In this document: piece after piece, positions 61,398-64,000 of the stretch
Layout of the letters: each line of letters opens with the position of its first letter
How positions within the stretch are numbered: position 1 is the first letter of the stretch
DNA from: the human T2T-CHM13v2.0 reference genome, Homo sapiens
Direction of reading: 5' to 3'
Length of the DNA stretch: 64,000 nucleotides
Assembly: GCA_009914755.4 (NCBI GenBank)
Contig: CP086569.2
Span: forward strand, 11,072,001-11,136,000
Notes under the pieces: generated by a model
What the model was told of the DNA's origin: nothing
Databases searched by the model: none
What the model saw: the letters and a program-made list of their open reading frames with translations, nothing else
Position numbers and translations under genes: made by a program

Positions 61398-64000
61398 ATT
61401 GTGACATAGGTCGCAATGCCCCATAGGCAGATCCAACACAAGAGTTACATCACCTGGGTGATCAGTGTAGAGATATGTCACAATGCCCCCGTAGGCAGAG
61501 CCTAGAGAAAAGTCCCATCACCTTGCTGATCATTGCAGGAATATGTCACAAAGCAACCTGTAGGCAGATCCCAGACAAAAGTTATATCACCTGGGTGATC
61601 ACTGCAGAGATATGTCACAATACCACCGCAGGCAGAGCCTAGGCAAGAGTTACATGCCCTAGGTGACCCGTTCAGAGATACATCACAATGCCCCTGTAGT
61701 CAGAGCCTTGACAAGTGGCACATCACCTGGGTGATCATTGCAGGGATATGTCACAAAGCACCCTGTAGGCAGATCCAAGGCAAGAGTTACATCACCTGGG
61801 TGGTCAGTGCAGAGATATGTCACAAGCCCCCTTTATACAAAGCCTAGACAAGAGTTATATCAGCTGGGTGATTAGTGCAGTGATATGTCACAATGCCGTG
61901 TTGCCAGAGTCTAGACAAAAGTTACATCACCTGAGAGATCAGTGCAGAGATATATCACAATATCCCCAGTGGGTAGAGCCCAGACAAGAGATAGATCACC
62001 TTGGGATCAGTGCAGAGAGCTGTCTCAATCACCCTGTGGGCACAGCCTAGACAAGAGTTACATCACCTCGGTTAACAGTCCAGAGATATGTCAAAATGCC
62101 GCTATACTCAGAGCCTACACAAGTGTTTCATCACTGAGGTGATCAATGGAGAGATATGTCACAATACTCCCTATAAGCTGAGCCTAGACAAGAGTTACAT
62201 CACCTGGGTGATCAGTGCAGAGATATGTGACCAGGCCCCTTTAACCAGAGCTTAGACAATAGTTCCATCACCTGAGTGATCAGTGAAGAGATCTGTCACA
62301 AAGCCCCTTTAGGCAGAGCTTAGACCAGAGTTACATCACCTGTGTGATCAGTGCAGTGAAATGTCACAATGCCCCCATAGGCAGATCCAAGACAAGAGTC
62401 CATCACCTGGGTGATCAGTGCAGAAATATATGACAGTTCCCCCAGTAGGCAGAGCCTAGAGATGACTCCCATCACCTGGGTGATCAGTGCAGAGTTATGC
62501 CAAAATGCCCTCTGTAGGCAGAGCCTAGACAAGAGTTACATCACCTGGTGTATCAGTAAGAGACATTTCACAATGCCCCTGCAGGCAGAGCGTAAGCAAG
62601 AGTTACATTACCTAGATGATCAGTGCAGAGATATGTCACTAGGCCCCCTATAGGCAGAGCCTGGAGAAGAGTTACATCATCTCGGTGATCAATGCAGCAA
62701 TATGTCACTATGCTCCAGTAGGCAGAGGCTAGTCAAGTGTTACATCACCTGGGTGATCAGTGCAGATATATGTCACAAAGCCCCCATGCAAATAGCCTAG
62801 ACAAGAGTCCTATCACCTTGGTGATCAGTGCAGAAATATGTCGCAATGCACCATAGGCAGATCCAACACAAGAGTTACATCACCAGGCTGATCAGTGTAG
62901 AGATATGTCACAATGCCCCCGTAGGCAGAGCCTAGACAAAAGTCCCATGACCTGGGTGATCAGTGCAGAGATATATCACAAAGCCCCTGTAGGCAGAGCC
63001 TAGACAAGAGTTACATAATTTGGTTGATCAGTTCAGAGATGTGTCACAATGCCCACGTAGGCAGAGCCCAGACTAGAGTTCCAACAGCTGGGTGATCAGC
63101 GGAAAGATATGTAACAAGACCTCTTTAAGCAGAACCTAGACAATAGTTACATCATCTGAGTGATCAGTGCAGTGATATGTCACAATGCCCCCGTCGGCAG
63201 AGCCTAGACAAAAGTCCCATCACTTGGGTGGTCATTTCAGGGACATGTCACAAAGCCCCTGTAGGCAGAGCCTAGACAAGAGTTACATCATTTGGTAGAT
63301 CAGTTCAGAGATGTGTCACAATGCCCATGTAGGCAGAACCTAGACAAGTGTTACATCACCTGTGTGATCAGTGCAGAGATATGTCACAAAACCCCTGCAG
63401 GCAAAGCCTAGACAAGAGTCGCATAACCTGGATGATCAGTGCAGAGTTATGTCACAAAGTCCCTTTAGGCAGATCCTAGGCAAGAGTTACATCAGCAGGG
63501 TGATCACTGTAGAGATATGTCTCTCTGCCACTTTAGGTGGAGCCTAAATAAGAGTTACATGACCTAGGTGATCAGTGCAGAGATACATCGCAATACCCCT
63601 GTAGGCAGAGCCTTAACAAATGGTATATCACCTGGGTGATTATTGCAGGGATATGTAAAAAAGCACCCTGTAGGCAGATCCCAGACAAGAGTTGCATCAC
63701 CTCGGTGATCAGTCCAAAGATATGTCTCAATGTCCCCTGTCAGCGAAGCCTATACAAGAGTTACATCATCTCGGTGATCAGTGCAGTGATATGTTAACAT
63801 GCCCATGTAGGCAGAGCATAGAAAAGAGTTACATCACCTGGGTGATCCGTGCCGAGATATCTCACAATACCCCCTGTAAGCAGAGCCTAGACAAGAGTTA
63901 CACCAACGGGGTGATCAGTGCAGGTAGATGTCATAAATCCCACTGTAGGCAAAGCCTAGACAAGTGTTACATCACCTCAGTGATCAGTAAAGATATATGT
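61398..64000. repeat. Beta satellite array, inverted orientation (reverse complement of the 52184..61397 monomers); continues past window end
   Basis: From about 61408 the monomers read …gtaggcagagcctagacaagagttacatcacctgggtGATCAgtgcagagatatgtcacaatgcccc…, the reverse complement of upstream monomers. A roughly 1.43 kb (21-monomer) recurrence appears at 61411 versus 62841. Confidence 0.85.

Noticed and set aside
52184-64000. Regular 68-bp repeats that could superficially resemble a CRISPR repeat-spacer array, plus short ORFs (60-135 aa) throughout
   Set aside because: The whole 68-bp unit repeats with 5-20% divergence. There is no alternation of conserved repeats with unique spacers and no cas genes. 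The context is human satellite. The ORFs are frame artefacts of the repeat.

Overview
This window is human/great-ape heterochromatic satellite DNA, not a prokaryotic or gene-dense locus. It has three blocks.

(1) 1..4838, minus strand: a young LINE-1 (L1HS/L1PA2-like). Its 5' end is complete and abuts the satellite directly. The 3' roughly 1.2 kb lies upstream of the window. ORF1 and ORF2 are near-identical to the L1HS consensus, but each carries a small frameshifting deletion. The antisense ORF0 in the 5'UTR is intact.

(2) 4839..52183: a roughly 47 kb HSat3-type pentameric satellite, (CATTC)n/(CCATT)n on the + strand throughout. It has local higher-order repeat (HOR) structure and more than 50 copies of a roughly 60 bp Alu 3'-end remnant at fixed positions within repeat units. 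The 3' third (about 41-52 kb) is a distinct subfamily with (GCATT)-rich composite units.

(3) 52184..64000: beta satellite, about 68 bp monomers carrying Sau3A GATC sites. The array flips orientation head-to-head at about 61.40 kb.

The only genuine protein-coding sequences are the L1 ORFs. Every other long ORF in the six-frame track is a stop-free translation artefact of the pentamer repeat: CATTC gives H-S-I-P-F and GGAAT gives G-M-E-W-N in all frames. I find no evidence of a novel biological 'system'. The points worth a second look are structural: the L1/ORF0 antisense promoter pointing into the satellite, Alu remnants co-amplified with HSat3, segmental HOR duplication, an abrupt HSat3/beta-satellite junction, and the beta-satellite inversion.
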